Assembly (NCBI RefSeq): GCF_036321535.1
Contig: NC_087437.1
Span: 77,440,001 to 77,504,000, forward strand
Length of the DNA stretch: 64,000 nucleotides
Direction of reading: 5' to 3'
Origin: Camelus dromedarius
Lineage: Eukaryota
The position numbers and the translations under genes are program-made. Under the pieces are notes generated by a model. That model was not told the DNA's origin and made no database searches. It worked only from the letters and a program-made list of their open reading frames with translations. Positions within the stretch are counted from its first letter, which is position 1; every line of letters begins with the position of its first letter. This document shows positions 1-13,619 of this stretch, piece after piece.

Positions 1-201
1 TAAGATGTTGAATATAGTTCCCTGTGCTATACAGCATAAAATTATTGTTTATCTATTATCTGTCTATCTATCTATATATTAGTATTTGCAAATCTCAAAC
101 TCCCAATTTATCCCTTTCCATCCCCTTCCCCGACTCGTACCCATAAGTTTGTTTTCTATGTCTGTGGGTCTTTCGGTTTTGTAAATAAGTTTGTTTGTCT
201 C
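1..201 (-). mobile_element. Cetartiodactyl-type L1 3' end fragment (runs off the window start)
   Basis: Motifs aatatagttccctgtgctatacag and ccataagtttgttttctatgtctgt are shared with copies at ~7.5, 35.7 and 60.9 kb. Confidence 0.85.
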
Positions 202-302
202 ATAAGTTTTCAAAACTCATCTACAGATTTAGGTAACATCCTGAAATGCCGTAAGACTTTCCCTAAAAACAAGACCTATTTTTATGGGAAATAAGCCTAA
301 AG

Positions 303-530
303 CAGTGTTTCTTAACCTCAGCATTATTGCATTTTAGACCAGATCATTCTTTGTTGTGGGAGTTTGTCCTCTGCATTGTAGGATATTTGGCAACATCCCC
401 GGTATCTTCATTTAGATGTTAGTGGTACTCCTCCTCCAAATTTTGATAACCAAAAATATCCTCAGACATTCTCATAGGTCCCCCTAGGGGGAGGAGGGTT
501 TGCAAAATCACCTCAGGTTGAGAACCACTG
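303..530. mobile_element. MER20 (hAT-Charlie non-autonomous DNA transposon)
   Basis: TIRs cagtgtttcttaacct / aggttgagaaccactg, ~228 bp, degenerate 8-bp TSD gcctaaag / gcctaaga. Confidence 0.85.
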
Positions 531-796
531 GCCTAAGAGAAATACCTTTATGTAAAGTAAAAATAAATAGAATTTGTTAAGATATACACTATGGAAACAG
601 AATTTAAATTTCTCTTTGTCATTCTGTCGTTATGTGTTATAATTGTACGTAAAGAATAAATACAAATTTTTAAACAGTAAAATCATCTATTTATAGTAAG
701 ATTTTCCTAATCTTTCCTGTCCTAATGAAAAACTAGGTAAACACTCGGAGGTGGTGTTTTGGTTTTTCTGTAGAGTTTTGACTTTTCCATACCAGC

Positions 797-820
797 TTCA
801 TTCATTCATTCATTCATTCA
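797..820. repeat. (TTCA)n microsatellite, likely an L2 tail on the - strand
   Basis: ttcattcattcattcattcattca followed by ataagtattt. Confidence 0.85.
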
Positions 821-1225
821 ATAAGTATTTACCAAGCTCCCTCTCTGTTCAGTGTTAAGAAAGAAATAGTGAGATAAGCAAGGTTGCTGCTGTTCTCAGA
901 ATATACATTTGAAAGAGGGAAAATACAGTGCATAAATAAAAGAGACTCAGAAGAGTTTGATGATGTAATTGAGCAGGCATTGGTAAACCATGTTGACCTG
1001 TTTTTGCAAATAAAGTTTTATGAGAACACAGCCACACACACTTATTTACATATTGTCTATGGCCGTTTCTCTGCTGCAGCACCGGTCAGTTGGTTGTAAC
1101 AGAGAACATACGGCCAGCGAAGCATAAAATATTTGCTGTCTAGTCTTTTACAGAAAAAAATTGCAGACTCCTGTAATAGTGTGAGATTTGGTGCCCATTT
1201 TAGATTAAATAATTGGAAAACAGTT

Positions 1226-2030
1226 GTGATATTGAGGTTTATAGTAAATGTATTTTTGGTCTTTGCCCTATCTTGGCACACAATTCCCAAAATTCTTGGA
1301 ATTTCCCAAGTGATAAGAGCAATTAAGAGGTCTTTCGCTATTTACAACAAGTTCCTTTCAACCACACTGTATTTATGTTATTGAGGAGATTTTTGGAAAG
1401 TCCTGAAGGATGGGGGCTGATTGCCAGGGGAGCCAACCTAGTGATTACAAGTGATTAATCAGCTTCACCCCACACCCCAGGCTCACCTACAGGAGGGGAC
1501 TTGGGATAGAGAGTAACTTAATTACCGATGGCCAAGGATGTCATCGGCCATGCCTATGTGTTGAAGCCTCCATTAAAAACCCCCAAAGGATGAAGTTCAG
1601 AGAGCTCTGTGTTGATGAACAAGTGTGGCACACCCCAAACTCCACAGGGACAGAAGCTCCTGTACTCAAGATACTTCTGGTCCTCACTCTGGGTATTTCT
1701 TCATCTGACTGTTTATTGATGTCTTTTGATATCCTTTGTGATAATAACTAGGTAATTCAATAAGTAAACAATTTCCCTGAGTTCTGTGAGCTGTTCTAGC
1801 AAAGCAATCAAACCTGAGGAGGGGGCGTCATGGGAACTGATGTCTATCCAGTAAGTCAGGAGCATGGGTAACAACCTAGATTTGTGATTGGTGTCTGAAG
1901 GGGCAGTCTAATGGACTGAGTCTCTGATCTGTGAGGTCCGATGCTAACTCCAGGTGTATAGTGTCAGAACTGAATTGAATTGTAAGACAGACAGTTGATG
2001 TCCATCACAGTTGAAGAATTGCTTGTAGTA
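1226..2030 (+). mobile_element. MER21-like solo LTR (ERVL class)
   Basis: Starts tgtgatattg. MER21-type motifs aaactccacagggacagaagctcctg, tttccctgagttctgtgagc and tagtgtcagaactgaattgaattg. 3' boundary approximate. Confidence 0.75.
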
Positions 2031-2436
2031 GGGAGATTAATAATCCAATAATTATCTGAAGTGGATCTGAGCCTCTTCCTTCAACCCTGGTAAAGAGATC
2101 CTTTAAGATATACTTGAAAAAACTTTCTTGAGTTTGGGCTTGCTGTGTGGGAAAACAGTCCTACCCATCAGTGGGGTGTGGCTGTGTGTGATATGCGTGT
2201 GCATGTTTTAACTGATGGATAGAAAGTTACAATTAATGACTTTATTTAAACAATCAGCAAGATGGGTAAAAAACAGCTGAGTAGCATTTTGGATGAAACG
2301 TACTTGAGCTTAAATAAATGAGCTCACAGACCATACTAACAAACTCATAGTCTGTAAAGTGAAGAAGCCCAACTATACTCTGTGATGAGCCCAGATTTGC
2401 AACAGTATTCATATCTGAATATCATGTTTTTTCCAG

Positions 2437-2646
2437 GTTTTATTTTCTTAGAGCATTTTTAAGTTCACAGCAAGATTAAGAAGAAGGTGCAGAGGTTTTT
2501 CATGGCCCCTACCCCCACACACGGATAGCTTATCATTAAGATACCCCACTATCAACATCCCCCAACAGAATGGTACTTTTTTTTTTCACAGTTAATAAAC
2601 CTACATTGACACACTGTAATCACCCAAAGTCCATAGTTTACCTTAC
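2437..2646 (-). mobile_element. Old L1 (L1MC-like) 3' end fragment
   Basis: aagttcacagcaagattaag...aatcacccaaagtccatagtttac; similar to the start of the element at 28505. Confidence 0.7.
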
Positions 2647-5600
2647 ATGAAGGTAAGAGATATTTTACCTATTTACACATATTTATTATTTTAAGAGGTA
2701 ACAAATAAAGTCAAGGATGGCCAGAGAATAAACATCAAAAAGTGAAAGGATAAAAACCAGATAACTTGAGGACCAGTTTAAGAAAATTGAGGACAAATTT
2801 AAAGTCATTTATCCTAAAGAATAGATAGAAGAAGGTTCAGGAGACTCTATGTGGTCAAATTAATATACTGCGAGGAACTTTCAATCAAAAAGACAATTGC
2901 ATTTTTTTCCAGGGTCCCCAGTGGCAGAACTGAGGCCCCTGAAGTACCTCAGGGTACATAGCTTCTGGCCCTGTGTAAGGAAAAGCTTTCTTCTCACATT
3001 CAGAAGTGTCAATGTGGGAATGGAATCCCCTCTTACTATGTTTAACGAAAGGCTATTACATCACTAAGCGGGGTTGTGTATTTGGAGTGGAAGCATTGGA
3101 TCTTAACTCAGAGTTTTCCTTTATCATAAGATGTTTCTCCATCTATCAAACTGGTGATTATTTAGCTAGATATTGTTAGATATTATGACATAGAAAAAGC
3201 CAAAGTCAAAAAGACCTCTTATAAAAATGAACCCATTCTAACCCCTAGTCTGTTCCCCTTCCTGATTTCTCTATTTTTATCAGATACATATATGTGCAGA
3301 CATATTATTTTTACTTCTTTAAAAAATCATATTCAATTAGAGTCCAAGGTCACGATCCTTCTTTAAATTATGTCTAACCGTCTTCCTTTTCATTTCTTCC
3401 TTTGCTCAACCTAACACATCATACCAGACTCTAAACTGCTCAAATCCAAACCAGGTCAACAGACTCCTAACAAGAGCCTTGCTGCTAGCCTCCTCATTTC
3501 ACAATAATGTCAAATACTGATTTTATTTTATCTTTACCCTCTTCAGTAACCTTTAAAATTCCCTTTGACCACAGAATAGTACAAACTTCCAATTATATCA
3601 TTTAAAACTTCCATAATTTAGTTTTTGTTATCTGTTGAATTTTGTAATTTTCAGTGTGAACTTTCTGGTGTAGGGGCTGATACCTTTCTTTCCCTTGGAC
3701 ACAGAGATTGGATTATTTGTTATGCTTCCTGCATGTACTCCATTCTCCCAGCTTGTATGTCTTTCCTTCAATATCCTGGAAGGTCTGGCTTACTTTCTCC
3801 ATAAAGCCTTCCCTTACATCTCTTGCCCAAGTTAAACACTCATTTTTCCTTACCTTTAGAGTAGGTACTGTAATCAATTAATATCAAACACTTGTTGAAT
3901 AAACTAGTAGCAGCCAATTTACAGTGTATGAGAGAAACTCCAGATATATCATGCATTCCTGTTCATTTTCTACCAATAAAATGGCTTAACTGCATATTGT
4001 AATCTGGACTCCACAATAACACTTATTTCCTATAACGTTAGACTCTAAAAATACAGGTGGCAATTCTCTGTCAATATCCACAGGTAGGAGAAAGTGCTTC
4101 TTTCAGGCGCATTATGGCCAGGAGGCACAGGAGAAGCTCTCTACACCAGGACCTAGAAAGGAAGCTTGCTTTAAAGCTGAATGAGCAGCGGTAGCATCTC
4201 AATTTGTTATTTTTAGCTCTGCCAAGAAGTAGCTAATTTCGTGCAAGACTTACATTGCACCTGACCTGGAGCAAAGACCTTCTGGCCATTTTTTCTGTAC
4301 ATTGGTACAACAGTAGAATTGTTTAATGCTTCAAAAACCAAGCAAGGAAGAACATGAGGGAAAAAAAGAGACTTACGGGGTATGAACTATTTTGCTTCCC
4401 TCCCTCTCTCTTTTTTTTTTCCCTCTCTCTTTCTTTCCTTATTTGTAACCAGAAAAAAGACTGTCAAGATTTAGCAGCTGAGAAGAATTGAAGTGGTTAT
4501 TTTCCTGAAGATTTTTTATAAACTTTTTTTCTAATGCTCCTTTAGGACATTGACTAACTTTGGCAGGTGGTAGTTAGGTCGCTCTCTCTCTGCTGTTTTG
4601 ACATTCACTTCAAACAATCCCATCATTTATCCTTTTATGTACATTTAAAAAATCAATGTTCACAATTCTAATTGCCTTCTCAGTAATATTCTGGCGACCT
4701 GTGAGTGTAAGATGGAAAATTGGAAAGAGGTCATTTAAAGAGCAGGCATGGGGGGAGGAAGAGTAGGAAATCAATTGTATTCATCACCTCAGTCCCTTCC
4801 CAGAGGACACCTTCCAAATTGTCACCTTTTATTTTTGAATTCATTTCTCTTCATATTTAGAAGCAACTGTACCTAGTAAGAAAGCCTTTGATCTGTATTT
4901 CATAGGTACATATTATTCATCTGAATATTCCTTTTCATTACTATAAAAAATATGAGCTGCACACATCTCCTGGCCGAAGTTTCTGTCTCTCGTCCTTGCT
5001 TGCTGGTCATAAAATCATATTTTAAAATAGCTCTGTTTTTTCATTAATACCAAGATTAAATAGCAACTTGAAGGCTTCTTGATCTTCCCTTTACATATTG
5101 GGAATAGATGCTTCTCGTCAACAGTCGAAACAAAACCAAAATGTGACAGAGGAGAAAATAAAAGAATGTGTAAGTGAACCAGGTGACTCCTGCTGGGGGA
5201 GTATCTGACTGGGGGCGGGGAGCGGTGTGCGTAGAACCAAAATCATCAGCCCTACCCAAGCCTGACACTTAAACAGTGAAGACATCCTGTTATCCTAGAG
5301 TGAATGTAACTGTTTGGAAAAAGGGAACACACTGAGCTCATACACGTACAATGTGAGAAACTTAGTCATAACTTTTCAAGGAGGCAATTAGGGAAGAGGG
5401 GGAGGGGGAGAGAAACAGAGGGAAGGGAGAAAAAGGAGGGAGAAAGAGAGATGGAGCTTCCCTGAAAAAAACTGAACACAATCTGAATACAGTGTGTACA
5501 AGTGTACAATTTAGGTGAACTCTGACATTAAAGAGCATAGACAGCTGAGTCCTAGAAATTTGAGATTGGTTTCGTAAAGCGGTCTTGGTTAGATGGGCCA

Positions 5601-7099
5601 CATAAGGGCATGTGTGTATGTGTTTGTGTGTGAGATGCAGGCAGATGTGAAGGGGGTAACACTATGAAGTAAGGAAGGAGCGCTCAAGGGGAAACCATTG
5701 AAGATGATCAGATGATTCCCATCATAGTGATAAGGTCTAGTTCTGATTGAAAACATTGGAAATCTAGCTTGTAAATGGCATAGTCTGATAAAAATGTCTT
5801 TTGAGAAATGCAGGCAGTTGATGGAAACAAGGGTTTTGGTGATGGACATAATTCTGTTGATTTTTTAGGGGATGCTTTGAGAGAGCGGGGGCTTGATTAG
5901 TACCCTTTCTGATTCTTCACCGTGCAGCATCTAGTTAATGGAAATGAATCCTGCTAATGAATATAGACCCCTCACTCACTGGTCAAGAAGTTAGAATGGC
6001 ACGTAGCAGGGCATGCAGTAGTCCAGAAAATTGTCCTTGGTGTGTTCCCTGTTTCTGTATGTTATCTTATGAAGCCACTTTCTTTTTTAGATGATTACTG
6101 TTTTACTTAGGGAGAAAGGACACCAAGTTAGTGGTTAGACTATACAACTGGATATAAAGTGAATAACCTGCTTGGGTTCTTTAAATTTCCTTTGTAATCT
6201 GGGGCAACCCATACATTTACAAATAGTAAAGTGAATTTCATAGTTTTGCTTTTTTTCATCATTTTGTGAAAAAATTATTACCGTAAACATTTTAAATCAA
6301 TATTTTATTAATGTGAGAAAGTATCTTATTTCTTATTTCACTCTGATTACTGGAAAATATGCTGTAAAAGAAATGTAGTATTTAAACACATCTAACTAGA
6401 CATGAAAGTGTATCAAATGATATAAAATGTTATACATAACAATGTAAAATTTTACACAAGCACATGCACATGTGCCTGACCAAGTGGGATCATTTCTTTT
6501 GGGGTTGGATGATTATGACAGGGCTTTCCCAGTAGGCTGAGGCATGTTAACACTCCATGTTAAAAAGATAGCTCCCTTTTCTTTCCTATATACTGTTACT
6601 TCCTTCCTGACCCATCTCTTGAATCCCATAGTTGGTCATCTAAACTACTCTCTCACTAGAACCCTTGATTTCTTTCATTCCTGTATTTCTCCAACACTTG
6701 CTCAGTCAAAACACAAGCCTGTTTTGAAACTACAATCTTACCTCCCCAGTGCCCTGCTAGAGAAACTTAAAAATCCTGCCAGGCTGGCACCACCACCCAA
6801 CTTACTGCATCCAAACGTCATTGTGACCTCTGAATAGATTCCCTTCAACTTGAGAAGACAATTTTGCCCACTATATCATTCAGGAGAGTTGGAAGCCATC
6901 AAGCATGATCTGTTTCAACCTCTTACCATCTCTAGAAATGCATTTAAAATAAAACTATGTGTACATATGTATACATGGGTAAACTGTGTGTATTATAATT
7001 TATATGTTTCCCTGTCTCCACATTTCTATTCCCAGAGGTCTTTTTTTGTTCATTTTCATAGGATAAAATGTCCTTAAATCTCTTTCTTTCTCTTTCTCT

Positions 7100-7200
7100 C
7101 TTTTTTTTTTCTTATTGAAGTATCGTCAGTTTACAGTGTGTCAGTTTTCAGTGCACAGCATAATGTTTCAGTAATACAAATACGTATGTATATTCCTTTT
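7100..7200 (-). mobile_element. Short L1 3'-terminal fragment
   Basis: Poly-T followed by attgaagtatcgtcagtttacagtgt, matching the start of the 60775 copy. Confidence 0.7.
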
Positions 7201-7399
7201 TATCTCTCAACATATACACTCATGCTTAAATTTCTCTCATTTACCTTTTACATCCTTATACAGATTTCTTAATAGACTAATCTCTACTTTTCAGTTCCTC
7301 ATCTGCCATTTTTGTCAATCTATTCTTCACTATGGTCACAAATGAACTCTCAGTTGCTAATGCCAATGGATGTTTTGCAATTTTTTAAAAAATTATTCT

Positions 7400-7705
7400 T
7401 ATTTTTCATTAAAGTGTGGTCAATATACAATGTTAGTTTCAGGTGTGCAGCAAAGTGATTCAATTATACATATACATATATACATACATACATATTTTTT
7501 CAGTTTCTTTTCCATTACAATTCATTACAAGAAATTGAATATGGTTCCCTGTGCTATATAATATGTCCTTGTCATTTATCTGTTTTATATACAGCAATGT
7601 GTTCCTGTTAATCCCAAACTCCTAATGTGTCCCTCTGTGCTCCTTTCCCCCTGGTAACCACAGTTTGTTTTCTATAAGTGACATCATATGATATTTGTCT
7701 TTCTT
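7400..7705 (-). mobile_element. Cetartiodactyl-type L1 3' end fragment
   Basis: acaatgttagtttcaggtgtgcagcaaagtgattca...gaatatggttccctgtgctata...ctggtaaccacagtttgttttcta. Confidence 0.8.
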
Positions 7706-8399
7706 TTTTTCTTTTAATTGGACCTCTCTTCTGCATTTGAAACTGTCATTTGCTCCATGGAAATACTGTATTCATCTGGTTTGCATTATGCCACACTCAA
7801 TTGATTTCTTTTGTGATCCTCTATATTTTTGTAATTTCTTTTTTCTCTATTTTTCACTGAATGTTGGCCTCAGGGTTCAACTCATTTCAGTGCTCCTCTT
7901 ATCCCACGTAATCTCTCTTTATGGCGTCCTAACTCTCAGGTATTCCTCACTCATCAGTGCTGCCAAACTTACGATCATATATATCCAATCATCTAATTAA
8001 AATATCCTTCTGCTTACACAATAAAGGCGTTAAATTTTTATTTTTAAAAACCAAATTAATTCTCCCTTTCCCCTGAATAGACTGTCCTTTGATATTCTCT
8101 AGGCTAGTTGCTGAGGCTAGGTTTTGTCAAGTCATTAAAGCTGGAATACTGACCATCATTCCTGACTCTTCCATTTTCTGCACTTTTCATATTTCCATAA
8201 TTATCAGTGACAAAAAATTAAGTAATCTGGTTAATTAACTAATCTGCCTCAGTTGCTAATTAGGATCACTTGGGAAACTTTAAGACTATCCTAGCTCAAT
8301 CAACGCAGAATCTCTGGGGGTGGAGAATGGAAATTTGTTTTTCAAATGGGCGGAGAGGAGTGAAAACCACTTTTCTCAATATCTCACTTGTTTTTTATT

Positions 8400-9010
8400 T
8401 CCAGTACCACTGCCTCATGTTAGGTCATGATCATTACCTATTGCACATGTCCTAAGTGGCCACTGTGCCTTCAGTCTCATCCCTCTCCAGTCTATTATCA
8501 ATCTGACCATCAGGGTGAACATTTGAAAATGTACAGTATAGTACCATTTCCCTTGCTCTTCTATCCAATACAGTCTCCCCTAGTTTAAAACACTTTAGTG
8601 GCTCCCCTTTCTGCCTTTTATTTACCTTTCTGTGCTTTCCACAAAAGGGACTCACCCATTCCCTGTACATCCATGTTTGTTTTCTGTCTTTTATGCCCTT
8701 GCTCATGAGATCTTCTCTGACTAGGATGACCCTTTCCTTTTTAACTGTTAATCCTAATTATAAGTCACAGCTTTGTAATCACTTTTTCATAGCTGGAATA
8801 AGTGCCTTTCCTCAGTTTCTTGTAATGATCTCTGCCTAAAGAAATTACTGCTTTTACCACTTGAGTCTATAATGATCTTTTATATGCCTGCTTTTTCTTT
8901 GGAAACAATGACCAGTGCTTAGGTATCTTTGTATTCCCTGGTGTCTAGCATAATGGTTGGCATATATTAGATGCTCAAAAAAGGTTTGTTGAATAAATGA
9001 GTGAATGAGC
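8400..9010 (+). mobile_element. L2 (LINE2) 3' region, degraded
   Basis: Ends in the L2 tail gtctagcataatggttggcatatattagatgctcaaaaaaggtttgttgaataaatgagtgaatga. 5' boundary approximate. Confidence 0.6.
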
Positions 9011-10176
9011 AGTTAGAAGTCATAGCTGATAATTATAAAGATGAATGCCTAATATATGTTGTGTCCTGAAACAATCAAGAGATTTAAAATAAAAAAGGAT
9101 CATTTTCATACGTTGAGAATGGGAAACTGTGAAACCAATAGAGAAGACTTTCTGTAGGTTTGGAATATATTAGATCTTTATTGACATTATTTGAGTTTCT
9201 CCTGCAGGTAAATTGCTTCTGATTTATACATTCATTTTGGAACTTTTTGGTCTTAATTTGGATTCTTGAGAAGAAAAATGAGTATATAAGTGGTCTATAT
9301 GAATACTGATCTGATTAGCAGTTATATTTCGTGCACAATTAACATAGTTTTTGTACCACACATTAATCTCCCGTGAATTTGAGTTTATTGTCTGTATTTT
9401 TTAGGGCCCAATCATCCTGGATAAATTTGCCAATATCCAGATTTGCCAAACTAAGTTATATGATAAGTACGGAGATCCCCCTCAGCCTTGAAATTCTGAA
9501 TTTATATTTTGTTTAATTTAAAAATTAAAGTTCAGTGTTGTATTAATGTAGCATGAATCAAAATGCATAGGAACTGTAGATAAATTAATATGACAAATTT
9601 TATCACATTTTACATTCTTCACACAAACTCTTTAGAGAAAGAAATTTATCTATATTTTTCTGAATCAAGGCACGTTAGGAAATATGGAAAATATACTGTG
9701 AAATAAAAAGAATGCAATAGGGATATAAAAGAATACAAAACTGAGACAAAGTAGTAGGCTTATTCCAAGTTTTGAAGTAGCTATACTTAACACTTTTTTA
9801 TAAATCCATTTTATTACAAAGAACAACTGTCAAATAAATCACTGTCTAGAAAAGAATTGATCTGGGAATAAATTGCCTAGGAAAGAAAATCACAAAGAAG
9901 TGATTTTGAAGATGTTATTTTTTTCCCAGACATGTAACTATTTAATCTGAAATCTGATATGAACTTGAAGATGGAAATGTATCAAAGGAGCTGTTTACTT
10001 AATTTTGCCCATTGTGCACCCTGTAATATTGAAATTCTTCAGGGTTACTGAGCTCGCATGCTATAATGAGAACTGTATATAATTTACTGTATTTATTTAC
10101 ATACAAGAAATTTTAATGATAGTCATGCCCAGTAATAGCAAATAGCAGAGGCTGGTTTCTTCTAAGGAATCCATCT

Positions 10177-10201
10177 ATCTACCTACCTACCTACCTACCT
10201 A
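10177..10201. repeat. (CTAC)n microsatellite
   Basis: Read directly from sequence. Confidence 0.9.
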
Positions 10202-10411
10202 TCTATTTCAGGTATATATGAAATATATCTCACATATAAAAATATATCTCCTATGTATCTCATATATATAAATATCATATATCTGTAACATATATATGTT
10301 GTCTGGTATCTGGTATCTCAAATTTTTATTATCTCACACCACCTGCAATCGCTAGTTTTTGTTCCCAGAACTGATTCATTAATCATAAGTTTAATTCTTG
10401 AACAAGACGTT

Positions 10412-10940
10412 TGTGGTAGTATTTGCTGGTTTCTTGCCAAGAATCTATTCACCTCTTTCTCTTTAGAAACAAAACTCAAATAATTAGCTGGTTATATTGC
10501 TTCCTATAATAAAAATCACATTGCCTTCCAGACATTTTAGCAGCTAAATTTGGTCATGGGACTGAGTTCTGGCCTTGAGCTATTAAAGAGAAATATTTGT
10601 GGGAGTTCTCTGAAAATTGATTAAAGGAAATTGATTCAGGTGGAAATTTGATATACCCTTGCACTTTTCCTCTTAGCTTTTAACCTGAAAACAATTGGTG
10701 ATAGCTGGAGCACCAACAGCCATTTAGAACATAAGGTGATTTTGAGGGTAAGAAGCAGGTGCTGGGATGATACAAAGGAAGGATAGGAACTTGGGCCCTT
10801 AAAAAGAATTGACGAGCCACCATTCTTACCTGTGATTTCTACTTTCAGACTTTTTCTATGTGTGGAAGAAAGATCTTATCTTGTTTAAGTCATTGTTATT
10901 AGTTGTTGTTGTGGTTAAGCAAGAATCCCAGTTGAGCCCA
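10412..10940 (+). mobile_element. MLT1 (MLT1J-like) MaLR LTR
   Basis: ggtcatgggactgagttctggcc, gatagctggagcaccaacagccattt, tatcttgtttaagtcattgttatt. Confidence 0.7.
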
Positions 10941-11192
10941 AACTAGTACTCAGATTCTGATTATGTCTTATGAATCCGTAGATCAACATCCCTCACTGTC
11001 AGCTGTTGGTATGTGTTGTTAAGGAAAGATGGAAATCTGTAACCCTTACAAGGGACAACTTGTTAGACACAAATATGACTAGATAATGATCCTCATATTT
11101 CTCCCTAACCTGTGAATGTGTGTCCACATCCTCCCTGGGAGATTAGTGTTTTTGTTTGGGCAAATATTTAGACTTATTTCATTCAGTTTATT

Positions 11193-11337
11193 TAGTAATT
11201 CCACTTCTGGGTATATATCCCCTCCAAAAGCACTAATTTGAAAAGATACATGCACCCTAGTGTACATAGCAGAATTATTCACAATTGCCAAGGTATGGAA
11301 GAAACCTAAGTGTCCATCAACAGATGGATGGATATAT
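11193..11337 (+). mobile_element. L1 fragment (end of ORF2)
   Basis: aattccacttctgggtatatatcc...aagatacatgcacccta...attcacaattgccaaggtatggaagaaacctaagtgtccatcaacagatg. Confidence 0.85.
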
Positions 11338-13619
11338 ACCACATTTGCCTAAATAATTGCCTTATTTTTTTTAAAAAAAAGGTTTTTCTTGTGTTTAAAG
11401 ACAGGATTATAATCTGCATGAGGGAAGGGTCTCACAGGTACTTATAATCAGTTTGTTCATATTATTCACCTACTGGCTGTTACAGTGCTTGGAAGACTCT
11501 TTGTTAGGAGTCTCAGTGTTTTCTCTCATGCTGGGGTCTTCCAGGAAAACACTCCTCTCCTGTAAAGATGCCATACCCAAATTCTCTCTCTAGGTTACAA
11601 ATCCCCATGCTGCCAAAGGATACTGCATTCACGTTAAACTGCACCATGTTGAAGATTGACTTGTTCTACGTAGAAATGAGGAGAATATTTTTCTAGCCAA
11701 TCCTGTCACCTTGAAGTACTACTGCTTATGCTGAGTGTCGCAGTTTCCCACAAAAACATCTCCTTATGCACTTATTTATAGCTCTAGCCTGCATTCCTCG
11801 GTCATGTTCTGTCACTTGTGTCTTCACTGGAGGCATCTGGAGTATGAAGTTTCATCCCAACAGGCCTTTATTCTTCCACGTTCATTAACTCATGTTAATC
11901 GTTTGCAGGGAAGGCTACCACCCCATCAGTTTATCAGACATAACCAAATCCTGAATCCTAGTTTGGGCTCAAATGGGACTCCTACTACACCAGAACTCAA
12001 CTTGGACTCAAGATGGTGTTGATAAAATACCTAGTTGAGAATGAAGCTGCAATTTCTTGACATTGTAAATATATCTATGTTGTGTGTGTGTGTATTATAT
12101 ATGTGTGTATATCTATCCATTTATGTATTACCGTATCCCACAAAACTTGTAATTTGTGTCAATATGACATGCTTGATACCCTAGGCAGTGCTATTTTTTG
12201 TCATCTCTTTCAGTTGCAAAACTAATGTCAAAGGAATGCCACATGCTGTAACATGTATTTTTCTTACTCTACATTAATCTAGATATGAATATGAGTAATG
12301 TACTTAGTTACAGTGTTCTCTTAAGCCACTCTTTTCCTACATGCTGAAAAACCTTGTATACATATATTCTTCTTGGGTTTATTTAAAAGGTGACCCAGTA
12401 AGTTTTTTCCCTTTTGCAGTCTCCTTGTAGTAAATTTAGCTACTGTTACTATGAGTAAAGGAGATATGCATGGGTGGAAGAGATACGGAGAGGCCAGTAC
12501 TTTTGTAGATAAACACAATGTGAAACAGGGAACTGCTTTATAATTATTGGCATAGAAATAATGGCAAAGAAACAAAATTTCTTCCTGAAGCACATTTTAT
12601 TGCCTGAATGGTTGCAAAGAGCACATTTTCGCTTGTTTAATCAAATGAAAATCTTAACTGTCTGAATTTAGGGCTGTAAAGAATGTTTATAACAACTCAG
12701 GATCCTTGACAGTAATGATCACAGTACTAAATGGTTCTTTATCTAGAAAGTAGTTAGAACCATTGAGAAACATTTTAGCAGGTCAACTGGTTAGAGAGAT
12801 AAAAAAAAATTTTTTAAGACAAAAAATATCACAACACCCGAGACACCCGAAGTGTAAAGTGTATTCAGCACTACCAACTGTAGTGAAAAGAAAATTCCAA
12901 AGCATGACAATCCACAGCAGTTGTTAGTAGCACCTGTGGTAGGACTAGAGTGAAACATAAAGAAATAGACAGCATTTGTTTTTTCTATAACCTTGTTGAA
13001 AGAAGGGTCCTGGTACAGAGCCTTCTACTTTAAAGAATAGCCGGATGTGGGCCTTTCTAAAGGCATAGGGATGAGGCCACAGAGAGATTACAAATGCTGG
13101 GAGAGAATGGCAGATACAAAGTAAAGGTGACTCAGACAAAATACGAAAGCTGTTTTCTCTTCAGTCATTTATACATTATCTTCCACTAAATAAAAAGGTG
13201 CAATGTATGAATTAGCAATTCCCATGGTCTGGTTCTTTTATTGCTCTGGCATAATCCGTAGATACGATCTGGCCAGCGTTGTCAACTGTCTACTTTTTCA
13301 TCATCCTGATGTTTGAGAAGCAAATCCTCTAGAACAGTAAAAGGGAGACCCTCAGAGATTCAGGAAGTTTTGGTTGGCAATCAGGGGTTAACCCTAGTCT
13401 CTTCCATGAAAGGTTTATACTTCATCTGAGAAGCTGGGTGATTGCTGCTCTTTTTTGATAGCCCACAAGAAGCAAGGCCTTAGACCTGTTTGGCTGCTGT
13501 CCTGGGTAGAAGAGTTTGGCAGCCCTAGGGAGATGAAATTCTTCAGTCTGGGACCCGCCCAGAGTGAAGAAGCAACACCCTCCCAGCCACTACTCTGTTG
13601 CTATGAGACAAAAGACTAG

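Noticed and set aside
11079..11342. ORFs 11079-11342, 29241-29495, 35646-35900, 36116-36379, 60922-61167
   Set aside because: Translations of L1 or MLT1 repeat fragments.
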